Source: Lingula anatina
Lineage: Eukaryota; Animalia; Brachiopoda
DNA length: 64,000 nt
Direction of reading: 5' to 3'
Assembly: GCA_051362555.1 (NCBI GenBank)
Contig: CM120644.1
Location: 256,954 to 320,953, forward strand
The notes beneath the pieces were generated by a model. It was not told the origin of the DNA, did no database searches, and saw only the letters and a program-made list of their open reading frames with translations. This document shows positions 12,267 through 25,865 of this stretch, piece by piece. How positions within the stretch are numbered: the stretch's first letter is position 1; each line of letters starts with the position of its first letter. Position numbers and translations under genes: made by a program.

Positions 12267-14228
12267 AACAGTGTATGTGTACAGAAGCAAGTTCCATGTA
12301 CCTGGGCACAGGGCCAGCCACCCCCACAGGCACATTGGTCAGGGGCATCTTGTTACCATGGGGGAAGACCTCACTGAAATCACAACAATGACATTACTGA
12401 ACACATTGCAAACAATATAACACTCCACTGAGCACTTGTTTAGCTTCATTTTCAGATCTAACTGATAAAACTGAAATTTCAAGGTTTCATGCCCAAATTG
12501 CACAATTTAAGATTATTTGTTACAGTCTTGATCATCCAATGTCCCACCCACATAACATGCATTGCCCACGTGCCCCACCCATCTACCATGCTCCACCCAC
12601 ACATGCCCCACCCCCTGCCCTGCCTCACCCACCCAACGTGCCCCACCCACCTTGCATGCTTGTCTTTCTCCTCAGGGACCTGCGAGGGATCAATGAGAGA
12701 GAACTGAGCATTGACCATCTCTGGGGTCAGCTGGATAGGGTCAATCTTGGTGTGGTCATCATCCCCCTGGTCTTCCTCATCCATGATGTGCTCCTTGTCC
12801 TCCTCTGCCAGACCATCAAACAGCAGTGGGACCTCCTCTGGCAGCATATCATTACTAAATGGGTCAGTCCTGGGTATAGAATATATGGACATATCATTAC
12901 TGAATGGGTCAGTCCTGGGTATAGAATACATGGACATGTCATTACTGAATGGGTCAGTCCTGGGTATAGAATACATGTCATTACTGAATGGGTCAGTCCT
13001 GGGTATAGAATACATGGACATGTCATTACTGAATGGGTCAGTCCTGGGTATAGAATACATGGACATGTCATTACTGAATGGGTCAGTCCTGGGTATAGAA
13101 TACATGGACATGTCATTACTGAATGGGTCAGTCCTGGGTATAGAATACATTTCATTACTGAATGGGTCAGTCCTGGGTACAGAATACATGGACATGTCAT
13201 TACTGAATGGGTCAGTCCTGGGTATAGAATACATGGACATGTCATTACTGAATGGGTCAGTCCTGGGTATAGAATACATGTCATTACTGAATGGGTCAGT
13301 CCTGGGTACAGAATACATGGACATGTCATTACTGAATGGGTCAGTCCTGGGTATAGAATACATGTCATTACTGAATGGGTCAGTCCTGGGTACAGAATAC
13401 ATGGACATGTCATTACTGAATGGGTCAGTCCTGGGTACAGAATACATGGACATGTCATTACTGAATGGGTCAGTCCTGGGTACAGAATACATGTCATTAC
13501 TGAATGGGTCAGTCCTGGGTATAGAATACATTTCATTACTGAATGGGTCAGTCCTGGGTACAGAATACATGGACATGTCATTACTGAATGGGTCAGTCCT
13601 GGGTATAGAATACATGGACATGTCATTACTGAATGGGTCAGTCCTGGGTATAGAATACATGGACATGTCATTACTGAATGGGTCAGTCCTGGGTATGGAA
13701 TACATGGACATGTCATTACTGAATGGGTCAGTCCTGGGTATGGAATACATGGACATGTCATTACTGAATGGGTCAGTCCTGGGTACGGAATACATGGACA
13801 TGTCATTACTGAATGGGTCAGTCCTGGGTACGGAATACATGGACATGTCATTACTGAATGGGTCAGTCCTGGGTACGGAATACATGGACATGTCATTACT
13901 GAATGGGTCAGTCCTGGGTACAGAATACATGGACATGTCATTACTGAATGGGTCAGTCCTGGGTACAGAATACATGGACATGTCATTACTGAATGGGTCA
14001 GTCCTGGGTATAGAATACATGGACATGTCATTACTGAATGGGTCAGTCCTAGGAATAGTAAACACATGACACCTGGTTGAGGCACTATAGATATACCACT
14101 CACCTAACAGCATCCTAAAATTCTCTGAGATAACAGGGCCTAGTTTACTATAAAGCAGTGCCCATTTTTATTATTTGTTCAGAAATATTAATTTTTCACT
14201 CCAAGGTAACCACCATCTGTGGACCCCA

Positions 14229-14271
<43 letters not shown>

Positions 14272-17200
14272 GACAACGCACCATCTGGGGACCCAGACAT
14301 TGGTCAGAGTTGGGGTGTTAGCCAAAGATGTCAAACCCTGGGATGGAAACTTCTTCCATGTCATGGCTCCTTTAATAATGTCCTGCAATGTAATAAATCA
14401 GCAGCTGATAAACACTGCCATTGTTATTATTATTATTTTTGTTATTATTCTATACCATGGCTCCTTAAACAATGTCCTGCAAGATAACAGACAAGCAGCT
14501 GGTATATGCCTAAATTTCTATTTATATTTTAAATCAGTAATACAGTAATTTTCAATTTCAATTCTCAATTGTCAATTGATTTTCAATTCTCATGTACGAT
14601 GTCATGTCAAATAACGGTTCTTTAAAGAAAAAATTGTGCATAACCTTTAAAAATATTTCAGTCCAACAAATATTTATGCTAGTTTAATGATGAACTCAGT
14701 TTGTTAGAATAAATAAATAAATCAATAAAGTGATTACAGAATAGTGACACATGCAGAGATTACAGCTACACTCAGATCTCCAGTGAGAGAAAATGTACAT
14801 TGTAAAAAGTTTCCATCCAACAAAAAGTTTTTTAAAAGTAGTTTTGTAATTAAGCAGACACATCAACTTGTTGGAATGAATGAATGAATGAATGGAGTGA
14901 CTGCAGGATATTGGTACTTTACAGCTACACCAAGAATACCAGCACTGGTCAGTTGGTAGGCCACAATACCAGCACTGGTCAGTTGATAGGCCACAATACC
15001 AGCACTGGTCAGTTGGTAGACCACAATACCAGCACTGGTCAGTTGGTAGGCCACAATACCAGCACTGGTCAGTTGGTAGGCCACAATACCAGTACTGGTC
15101 AGTTGGTAGGCCACAATACCAGCACTGGTCAGTTGGTAGGCCACAATACCAGCACTGGTCAGGTGGTAGGCCTCAATATCAGCACTGGTCAGTTGGTAGA
15201 CCACAATACCAGCACTGGTCAGTTGGTAGGCCACAATACCAGCACTGGTCAGTTGGTAGGCCACAATACCAGTACTGGTCAGTTGGTAGGCCACAATACC
15301 AGCACTGGTCAGTTGGTAGGCCACAATACCAGCACTGGTCAGGTGGTAGGCCTCAATATCAGCACTGGTCAGTTGGTAGGCCACAATACCCAGTGAAAAT
15401 GTAAACAGTGAACTCCATCAATAACACCATTCAGTGAGGCCAGCCTCTCACCTCCCTGTCCAGGTATTTCTTCTGTGTTGTGGCGTGTGGATTGTGTTCA
15501 TCATTCCTGTAGTATCTGGGTAGAGGACACAGGTGGAAGTCCTGGTCCACCTCAGCATACGGGAGAGGAGTCTGGAACACCTGTAGTCCTGGGGCAGGGT
15601 TCTGGAGAACACAGATCAATGGTAACTTTATTATCTATATGCACATATTTGACAGCCAAAATTAAGGGGTAATACCACTTTAGTACTACTGTAGTTATTA
15701 TAAACATGACAGTACTTATAAATATATGTAGTGGTGGGTATACAATGTCAGTACTTACAAATATATGTAGTGGTGGGTATACAATGTCAGTACTTACAAA
15801 TATATGTAGTGGTGGGTATACAATGTCAGTACTTACAAATATATGTAGTGGTGGGTATACAATGTCAGTACTTACAAATATATGTAGTGGTGGGTATTCT
15901 ATGTCAGTACTTACAAATATATGTAGTGGTTGGTATACAATGTCAGTACTTACAAATATATGTAGTGGTGGGTATACAATGTCAGTACTTACAAATATAT
16001 GTAGTGGTGTGTATTCTATGTCAGTACTTACAAATATATGTAGTGGTGTGTATTCTATGTCAGTACTTACAAATATATGTAGTGGTGGGTATTCTATGTC
16101 AGTACTTACAAATATATGTAGTGGTGGGTATTCTATGTCAGTACTTACAAATATATGTAGTGGTGGGTATTCTATGTCAGTACTTACAAATATATGTAGT
16201 GGTGGGTATTCTATGTCAGTACTTACAAATATATGTAGTGGTGGGTATTCTATGTCAGTACTTACAAATATATGTAGTGGTGGGTATACAATGTCAGTAC
16301 TTACAAATATATGTAGTGGTGGGTATACAATGTCAGTACTTACAAATATTTGTAGTGGTGGGTATACAATGTCAGTGCTTACAAATATATGTAGTGGTGG
16401 GTATACAATGTCAGTACTTACAAATATATGTAGTGGTGGGTATACAATGTCAGTACTTACAAATATATGTAGTGGTGTGTATTCTATGTCAGTACTTACA
16501 AATATATGTAGTGGTGGGTATACAATGTCAGTACTTACAAATATATGTAGTGGTGGGTATTCTATGTCAGTACTTACAAATATATGTAGTGGTGGGTATA
16601 CAATGTCAGTACTTACAAATATATGTAGTGGTGGGTATACAATGTCAGTACTTACAAATATATGTAGTGGTGGGTATTCTATGTTAATACTTACAAATAT
16701 ATGTAGTGGTGGGTATTCTATGTTAATACTTACAAATATATGTAGTGGTGGGTATACAATGTCAGTACTTACAAATATATGTAGTGGTGGGTATTCTATG
16801 TCAGTACTTACAAATATATGTAGTGGTGGGTATACAATGTCAGTACTTACAAATATATGTAGTGGTGGGTATACAATGACAGTACTTACAAATATATGTA
16901 GTGGTTGGTATACAATGTCAGTACTTACAAATATATGTAGTGGTGGGTATACAATGTCAGTACTTACAAATATATGTAGTGGTGGGTATACAATGTCAGT
17001 ACTTACAAATATATGTAGTGGTTGGTATACAATGTCAGTACTTACAAATATATGTAGTGGTGGGTATTCTATGTCAGTACTTACAAATATATGTAGTGGT
17101 GGGTATACAATGTCAGTACTTACAAATATATGTAGTGGTGGGTATTCTATGTCAGTACTTACAAATATATGTAGTGGTTGGTATACAATGTCAGTACTTA

Positions 17201-20200
17201 CAAATATATGTAGTGGTGGGTATACAATGTCAGTACTTACAAATATATGTAGTGGTGGGTATACAATGACAGTACTTACAAATATATGTAGTGGTGGGTA
17301 TTCTATAGGGTTAAACAGAGCCTCAGGTGGCCTCAGTGTCACAGGCTCTTGCTGAGGAGACATGGTCTCATCCCCTCGGACATCTTCTAACATTAGGTCT
17401 GCCTCTACCGCAGTTATCTCTCGCTCTGTCTCCGCCTCCTTCTCACCCTCGTGACTGGTGTCAAGCTTCATGGAGGTGGGGACGGGGATGTTGATCACCT
17501 CATCCTGGAGATAGAGTGACACATGTTACAGTGAGGGGTGGGGGTCATTACTGATTGACAGGTTAATTGACAGACGGGGATATTGATCACCTCATCCTGG
17601 AGATAGACTGAAACATGTTACAGTGAGGGGTGGAGGTCATTACTGATTGACAGATTAATTGACAGATGGAGATGATAATCAACTGGGGGTGGCTGTCACC
17701 CCTGAAAGCTCTCTTACATACTATGATACTACGTAGTTTAATTAGCAAGTACAAAGTAAACATGGTGGAGATGTCAACAATTTTACATGAACAGACAGAA
17801 AGACTGGCTAAAATCAGCATCAAGTCGGGCAAAATTGATTAATTCTTTATTTAAATCATAAGATTGACAGTTACTCCTCTGAACTAGAGGTGTCCTGACC
17901 ACAGTGAGATCAAATGACAGGCATTGGATATCTGCTAAGTTTTGGCTTCATGTCTGTGATGGAGTCAGCAAGTGTTGATATTTTCCTTACCTCAGCTCCC
18001 GTCCTTAACTGCCTGGTCAGTCTGGGGTGGACATAGCCACTGGACGCCGCCTGGACACTGTGTGGTTTATATCCCTGTAGTCTGTACTGCTGGGGCACCT
18101 GATAAATATTAATAATAACAACATAAATATATAGTAACTGAATATTGTGAAGTTTATATCCCTGTAGTCTGTACTGCTCAGGCACCTGATAAATATCAAT
18201 AATAACAACATAATATACAGTAACTGAATATTGTGAAGTTTATATCCCTGTAGTCTGTACTGCTCAGGCACCTGATATTGATAACGACATAATATGTGAA
18301 AGGATGCAGCATATAAACACACAGATTTGAAGTAGGCACTAGTCATAGCTCATATGCTAATTTCATATCAATATTTTTCATAATAAGAACATAGTACATA
18401 GAAGTGCTGATAAAACTTACATCATGATAAATTCATGTCCCTACATAATTTTATCAACCCATTTATTTCCACACTTGATGAAGAAGATTTTGGGGAGGGG
18501 GATATCTATGCATCCTAAGGTTACATTCATCATCTTATTTGATCAATACCTCAGGGTTTACAGTCATTAGAGCGAGTGTTTACCTTAAGATTATAATATG
18601 TTTACCTTAAGATTGTAATAGGGGACTTTCTTCTTCACCTCCACTTCAGTTTGCTCCACAGGGACAAAATCTAAGGCATCTGGAGCCTGGAAGACAGCAA
18701 GGAAGATTAATGAGCTGAAGTCTTTAATACTATAAAGAAACATTATAATTTCTAATTTATGTCTAATTAATTCAACAATATACATGATATTTGTTGGTGA
18801 CATTTTGACAGTACTCCCCAGTGCTTTATACTATAGTCAGTTGAAAATTTCATTTTCTAATCATTGATCAGTTCAAATGCTGAAATCATGCTAGACAAAT
18901 GCAAGTACATACTACTATTATTACCAATACATGATGAATATGCATGATAAGTAAAATGAGTAAAATATATATATGGAACAAAATGGTCAACTGACAGTCA
19001 TGCAGAATATGAAAGATAACATTGCTGTAAGTTCACCACAGCCAAAAAATCAAATATGACCTCACTGTTATCAACTAATGAAATAAAAATAATATCATCT
19101 TTCATATCAGGAGGGACATAGTAAGGATAAAAGCAGTTACCATATCATCTTTGATGTCAGGAGGGACATAGTAAGGACAAAAGCAGTTACCATATCATCT
19201 TTGATGTCAGGAGGGACATAGTAAGGATAAAAGCAGTTACCATATCATCTTTCATATCAGGAGGGACATAGTAAGGATAAAAGCAGTTACCATATCATCT
19301 TTGATGTCAGGAGGGACATAGTAAGGACAAAAGCAGTTACCATATCATCTTTGATGTCAGGAGGGACATAGTAAGGATAAAAGCAGTCACCATATCATCT
19401 TTGATGTCAGGAGGAACATAGTAAAGATAAAAGCAGTTACCATATCATCTTTGATGTCAGGAGGGACATAGTAAGGATAAAACCAGTTACCATATCATCT
19501 TTGATATCAGGAGGGACATAGTAAGGATAAAAGCAGTTACCATATCATCTTTGATATCAGGAGGGACATAGTAAGGATAAAAGCAGTTACCATATCATCT
19601 TTGATATCAGGAGGGACATAGTAAGGAAACTTCTGCCTGTGAATCTTCTCAGAGTGCAGCGTCTCCTGTAACATTTCTGGTCCCGTCTGACTCTCTTCCT
19701 CCTCTTCTTCCTCTTCCTCATCCTCATCTCCATCACCTAGGCAACACATCATTTCATGACACATTTAAATGTGAACAGAGTTAATGATACTCACTCAATC
19801 TGTATTAAACAAGAAGTAAATGTAATACAAGCATGCAGCATATCTCCTCTCCTGAGACACACACAGGCAGATGACACGTTAGTGTCTGCTCAAATATTTT
19901 CTGAGTACTAGTATTTTCACCTGAGTTTGCTTTCTTCTCTTTCTTCTTTCCCCAGTCCAAGACCATGGTTTTTAGACCTCGGATTTTATTATCAGCTCTG
20001 CATCTGACCAACACCTGGAATAAAAGAAAAACTTCCATCTTTATATTTTCTGGGAGAAAGGGGGGAAAGGGACTACACTGATGATCTCTTTTTCTTTCAA
20101 TCTATACATTTTTTTACAATTCAAGTGAAAAACCACAAAGAGAAATCATCAAGGCAAATGTTATCCTAACAGCTTCTACAGTATGACAGGCATCACCCCC

Positions 20201-23200
20201 GTGTGGATGTGAGCACTTTCCCTAAGGAACCTCTCAGCACTGACATATCTTACAAGGACATTCAGTACTAATGATATGCAATACTGCAGCAGTAAATTTA
20301 AATTTAAACACAACATACATGTGCCTAAATAATGGAGAAAATCCCAGGATACTGGCTTTATCCACACAATAGTTTCACATTTCAACAAATCTACTTACGG
20401 TTCTTGCAGCTTGAGCAAATTTATCCAGTGCAGCTTGCCTGACAGCCCAGGGGTTGTTGACAAATGTGTCAAACTTGACGTCTTCTTTACCCAACTGAAA
20501 TAATAATGATCATTGTAAGCCATCATCACTACAAGTATATTATCCATTAGCAGCTCTTGCAGCAAATTTAGGAGCTGTACAAACATTTTATTTCAATTTT
20601 AAGTTTTTAATTCTATGTAATATAATCAAAGCAGGGAACAAATTCTAAAAGCACTGCCAAATATTTAATATGGCTTCACTTTATTTCTACGATGGGTCCC
20701 AGGACAGCTACTAAGCATGGGATCCCTGTTAGCTAATAATCCCAGATGACCCTTGACCTAACTTGTGACTAGTGGGGCTACATTTCTTTAGAATATGATG
20801 TCCAAATTGTTTACCTCAGTGTAATACCTGACTGTTCTTCTGAAGGTGCACTGTGTACATGTTCTGTTGTATTCTTTTACTTACCTGAGTGTAATACCTG
20901 ACTGTTCTTCTGAGGGTACACTGTGTACATGTTCTGTTGTATTCTTTTACTTACCTCAGTGTAATACCTGACTGTTCTTCTGAAGGTACACTGTGTACAT
21001 GTTCTGTTGTATTCTTTTACTTACCTCAGTGTAATACCTGACTGTTCTTCTGAAGGTACACTGTGTACATGTTCTGTTGTCTTCTTTTACTTACCTCAGT
21101 GTAATACCTGACTGTTCTTCTGAAGGTACACTGTGTACATGTTCTGTTGTATTCCTCTACAGGTAAGGGATCACCTCGCTGCATCTAGAACAACAGCAAT
21201 GGCATGGCATATATTTCATGAAAATTCTAAATATCAAAAAAAATCAAGTCTCTTATTCTATAAAAGAACAGTTACTGATCTCGGTAATTTTATTACCTGG
21301 AAGTTTTAAAACCTGATGTCTTTTAATAACAAATTTAAATAGTAATATTGTTAAACAATCATCCAGTATTTATCTGTTTCACCTTGTATATTTTCCAGGC
21401 CTCCTCCCTGGCTCCCAGCACATTCACTTTCCTTTTGTTAGGAATGGGGTCATCTCCCACTTTGACCTGCCACCTCAGCTGGTTCTGGCGCTCCTCGTAA
21501 ACATTCTTCCTCACTGCCTGCTCAAATACTGCTTCCTGGAGACAACAGTGGACACATGGGGTGTAATGGGGAGGTTGGATGAGATTCTGTACTCATTTTT
21601 TATGAGTCAATATGGGAGCTTAAACCCAGGTCAGTTTTTTGTTAAATAAACATTCTGCCAAACTGTGGCATTCTGTATCTCATTATACAAACTCTGTGAG
21701 ACAGCGAGTCTATTTGAGTCTAATCTTGATTTATAAACTTAGTGTAATAGTAATTTACAAAGTGCATTTAAGTCTTACAAAAACAATATTGCGCTTTATT
21801 ACATGATCACTATGACTATTAATGATATATATAAAGACAGTATATGAAAAACTGTGTAAGTTCTTGATAAAGTTATATCTGATGGCTACATCAGCCTGAT
21901 GGACACATGTTCATTATTTCACACATGCCAGTGCACCTGCTTCTATCAAACTCACCTTCATTTGTCTACTAGATGGTGCTGAGCTCTCCTTGGCAGCCTC
22001 AATAGCGTCTCTGAGGTCCTTGACCCTCAGTTTTCCTGCCTGCTGGTTGAGGACCTGAGCTATGGCGTACGGCGTGTCCAGACTGGGCGGAAAACGGATA
22101 CCATCCCTCTCAACCTCCTGGGAATAATAAATTTTTAAACCATATAAAAATGTCATAACCTGGCATTATCACTAGTGTAATCTCTGCTAGGTGGGTAATG
22201 AAGGTAATTCCCCTTGATATTTATAAAACACAGGCACAGGGCCCACCCTGTCTTGTAAACATTGCTGTAAGTTAATTCCCCTTGATATTTATAAAACATA
22301 GGCACAGGGCCCACCTTGTCTTGTAAACATTGCTGTAAGTTAATTCCCCTTGATATTTATAAAACACAGGCACAGGGCCCACCCTGTCTTGTGAACATTG
22401 CTGGTTGACACCTCTACATCCTTCTAGTCTATTTCTAGCCTATTTAACTGATACAACATGTATCTTGCAAACTCTACCATCAAATTTGTCAAATTTTTCA
22501 AAATAAGTGTCAGCATACTGCTGATATTTCTCCCACAGTGATTCTAGGAAAGTAACAAATACAAACCTTTGGCTGAGGTGGGCCTAGCGTTCTCGACGTG
22601 GAAGGTTTGGACCGGCTTGTCTTGGTTTTCTCTCTCCGTGAGCGCGCCCTATCTACAGGGGTTAGAGACCTGGGGTCCAGCATTCCATTCATTTCTGGTT
22701 CTTCCAAATCCTGCTTCATTTCTGTTTTTTCCCTGTAAAAGAGTGTACATAAGACTACACATGGGATGCCATGATATCTGACTGTCAGTTAGGTTTCTAA
22801 GTGTCCACACTACCTGGCATCCTATTGCTATGGAGGTTTGCCTGTGTTCTAATATTATACAGACCTTCTACATCAAGATCAATAAAGGGTGCTGCTTTCA
22901 TAGTTTAAACTTCTAATTTCTGCTTCTCTATTCAAACTGGCATAACATAAGACTCAGCACTGCGATGTGAATAGCAATAGTCCAATTCTATAAGTAAGAT
23001 CTGTACTCACTTGGCCAGGCCGGGTTTGGAGGTACCAGTGAAGGTACAGACCAGTGGCTTGGAGTTGAACTGAGAGATCACCAGTTGCAGCTTCATGTGG
23101 GCTGTCAGAAACTCCGTGGGGGCAAAGGTCACTGTGATCTCTACCTCACCATTGGCTGGAACCATGCCTGGAATGATGGGATTCTTATTAAAACACCAAG

Positions 23201-25865
23201 TATATGAGAGGTGATGACAGGAAAATGTATTTGCTCATTTCTCAAGAACATCTCAGTGACAATTTAAAAAATCATATAATATGGGTACCCATCAATATCT
23301 TCCATTCATAAGATATCTGATGCACCCTCCAATATAAAGATGTGTTGGCTGTGACAGAGTTGTGATTTGTGTCATTGTGTTAGCTGTGACAGAGTTGTGA
23401 TTTGTGTCATTGTGTTAGCTGTGACAGAGTTGTGATTTGTGTCATTGTGTTGGCTGTGACAGAGTTGTGATTTGTGTCATTGTGTTAGCTGTGACAGAGT
23501 TTTGGACATCAACTCACCTGACATTGGATCCACTGTAAAAGTTGGGTGAGGCTGCAGGAAGCTCAGTTGAAATTCAAAATCAATGGGCGCATCACACTTT
23601 AATGGAATGGTCTTGCTAAATCTAGAAAGCAGACCAAATATAATATTAAATTAATTTACACATATAAATATAATAAGGATCTGTTTATCTCATTTCTAAA
23701 GAAATATTTAGACATTTTACTGATATTTTTTTATTTAATCAAAACTATGCACAAGAACACAGATTGTAGAAAAAAAAAAAGGAGTTCAGGTGAACATCAT
23801 TCAATCATACACAAAAAAGACCAAAGTAATAAATAACATAAAACAATACAGTTTATTATACTGTGGAGTTGGTTGTATGGAAACTGTCTATATCCCTACA
23901 GTAGCCAATACTTACTGCTGTCCTATAGGAACTGAGGGGAAATCTACGTGGGTTGGGAAAGAGGCTGTATTCATCACAGGATACGCATGGATGGGGATCA
24001 CCAGGTTCTCCTCATTCTGGAGGACAGAAAATACAACCGTATCAGTAATATCCCAATTATCCAATGGTCATTTCATAAAGGGGCAGTGCTCAACTTCTTA
24101 CAATATCATAAGAACAAGTAGGTGTCATTTTTCCTGGATTCTCCATCACATTTTTCTACATTTGACCACTTACATATGAATATGAGCTACAAATGATAAT
24201 ATTAAGGATGCATATGTTATTAAACTCACCTTTCTTTCAAAGCCGTGTGCGATCAAAATTATATAAAAACCCACAAGTTAATCCGTTACATAAAACTTAC
24301 ACCAAGGCTTTTATTGACAATTTACCTTGCAGTTAATCCTGATGCAGTCATAGTAATACCTCCACTCATCAGGAATAAACTCCACCACACAGTCTAGTGT
24401 CATCCCTGGTACCAGACGCTCCTGAAACACAATATATCATTGTTGCATGATGTATATTTGCTTAGTTTTCCATAGATAAAAGTGGTCTGTTAAAAAAGGT
24501 GGAAATGCAAGCACAATTCTAAATGGTATATCAGGGAACTAAATATAGCACATAAATATCCAGATTTCCAGATAAATTAAGAGGACTTTCATCTGTAGTT
24601 TTCAAGATCTTGAGGTCTTCTTTCCTCCATTTTCAAGAAAGGGAGAAGATATCAAGGAGAGAGTCGGGCCAGGAAGTGGAATACCACACCAAAAACCTAC
24701 CTCTGTCAATTATGTGACTATGGAATGCAAATAAACTGGGGTTTAGGGTTTTACAATTTTCCAGGTGGGCTAAGTATCACCCCTTTATTTTATAAATTAA
24801 CATTCTCAATATTGCGGTAAAGAATGGTTTCAGAGAAAATGAACCAAGAAATGCTTTTAAATTAATTACATTCTGCATCATATGAAGCTGTTCTCACCTG
24901 TTTTTTATACTTGATATCAAAGTACTTGGTTTGTGGTGGAATGACGTGCATCCTGATCACCTCTGTGTCCACATTACCTATATGGAGCTCCACCTTGTGT
25001 ACCTTGCCCAGCTCAAAGCCACCATAGTAGATGATAGAGGGCGTGGCCTGCACCACTAGGTTCTGACCCACCTTGGCATAGATCTCTGTAATGTAGGTTA
25101 TATACTAGTCTAAAACTGACCCACTTTGGCATAGATCTCTGTAATGTAGGTTATATACTAGTTTAAAATTGTTTCTATTTTCCCTTTAACAGCACTGATT
25201 TCTTAAACATTCATTTTTTATCAATCTTGAGTTGGTGTTTGGGTGATTATCAATGTAAAACTTTTATTTACTGGGTTTAACTTGATAATTAAGGCAAGCG
25301 TCATGTGTCTTTCTAGGTCAATACCTACCATACAGTACACATATATCTTCAAAGCACAGTGAGCAAACACGAGTTTAGGGCCTTCTTTTCACTTAGATGT
25401 ACTGGCACAATTACTTAGAAAGTTCAACGACTTGGTATAAATGACATGTGTTAAAACATCTAATACACCTTGGTCAGCATATGTTGTTCTGTTGAAACAA
25501 AGCTACAAAACATTAAGAGGAAGCTGCACCTGTCACCTCGAATGATCAATGATAAAATCAATGCACTGCGACCCCATCCCCCCTCCACCCCCAAAAATAC
25601 ATAACACCAGGTGGTAAGTCAAAGTTTGCTATGCACTATTCAAGCAAAAAAAGCACGAAATTTACTTCAAGTGTCCCTTGCTTGCATATTTGAACTTTCT
25701 TGAATAGAACCAGACAAAATTTGAGGCGCACTTACTTGAATCCAATAAATGATTTGGAACTTTGATCGGCTTCGAAGGTTCCACCAGTTGCAAATCCAGC
25801 AGTTTCCCTGTTGTTCTTGTTCCATTTATGCCAAAAGTTCTCGTCATGGGCTGTGTGGCCGCCAT
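11897..25865 (-). CDS. CFAP221: Cilia- and flagella-associated protein 221 (PCDP1), 21 coding exons
   Basis: Exons: 25865-25736, 25085-24898, 24421-24326, 24016-23916, 23621-23518, 23167-23011, 22732-22567, 22117-21956, 21535-21383, 21184-21095, 20494-20399, 20014-19921, 19736-19591, 18686-18606, 18098-17991, 17504-17280, 15601-15452, 14382-14282, 12869-12651, 12373-12302, 12023-11897, with GT-AG introns and consistent phases. Peptides [63 protein letters not shown] match vertebrate CFAP221 as recalled. Confidence 0.93.
12846..14052 (-). repeat. 45/39-bp minisatellite, ~28 copies of the CFAP221 exon-19 splice acceptor
   Basis: Unit gtattctatacccag|gactgacccattcagtaatgacatgtccat; first acceptor at 14048, last at 12869 (1179 bp = 21x45 + 6x39). 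Confidence 0.93.
14935..15390. repeat. 30-bp intronic minisatellite (~15 copies)
   Basis: Unit ccacaataccagcactggtcagttggtagg; variant units recur with 180-bp periodicity. No overlap with an annotated splice site. Confidence 0.9.
15705..17306 (-). repeat. 39-bp minisatellite, ~41 copies of the CFAP221 exon-16 splice donor
   Basis: Unit tacccaccactacatatattt|gtaagtactgacattgta; GT donors run from 17279 to 15758 (39x39 bp), plus a terminal copy reading ATAAGT. Confidence 0.93.
17485..17665 (-). repeat. 92-bp duplication of the CFAP221 exon-16 acceptor
   Basis: tctatctccag|gatgaggtgatcaa with exon starts at 17504 and 17596. Confidence 0.85.
18065..18280 (-). repeat. 86/87-bp repeat x3 of the CFAP221 exon-15 acceptor
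   Basis: tatcag|gtgcc(tg/cc)agcagtacagactacagggatataaac with exon starts at 18271, 18185 and 18098. Confidence 0.88.
19092..19627 (-). repeat. 50-bp repeat, ~10 donor copies at the end of CFAP221 exon 13
   Basis: ccttactatgtccctcctgatatcaaagatgatatg|gtaactgcttttat repeated every 50 bp. Confidence 0.92.
20811..21153 (-). repeat. 70-bp repeat x5 of the CFAP221 exon-10 donor
   Basis: ...cagaagaacagtcaggtattacactgag|gtaagtaaa; ttacct blocks at 20811, 20881, 20951, 21021, 21091. Confidence 0.92.
22206..22402. repeat. 68-bp intronic tandem repeat x3
   Basis: aattccccttgatatttataaaacac... at 22206, 22274, 22342. Confidence 0.85.
23341..23500. repeat. 35-bp intronic tandem repeat (~4.5 copies) close to the CFAP221 exon-5 donor
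   Basis: Unit tgtgttagctgtgacagagttgtgatttgtgtcat; ends ~17 bp from the donor at 23517 without including it. Confidence 0.85.
25063..25165 (-). repeat. 53-bp duplication of the CFAP221 exon-2 acceptor
   Basis: ctagtatataacctacattacag|agatctatgccaa.gtgggtcag occurs twice (25063 and 25116). Confidence 0.88.

Noticed and set aside
14935-15390. 30-bp array as another splice-junction repeat
   Set aside because: It ends ~60 bp from the exon-17 donor and shares no sequence with the exon; the same applies to the arrays at 22206 and 23341.
12479-17522. Long repetitive ORFs on both strands (544, 513, 452, 458, 656, 549 aa) as independent genes
   Set aside because: They arise from stop-poor triplet-length minisatellites; only the parts matching CFAP221 exons are supported.
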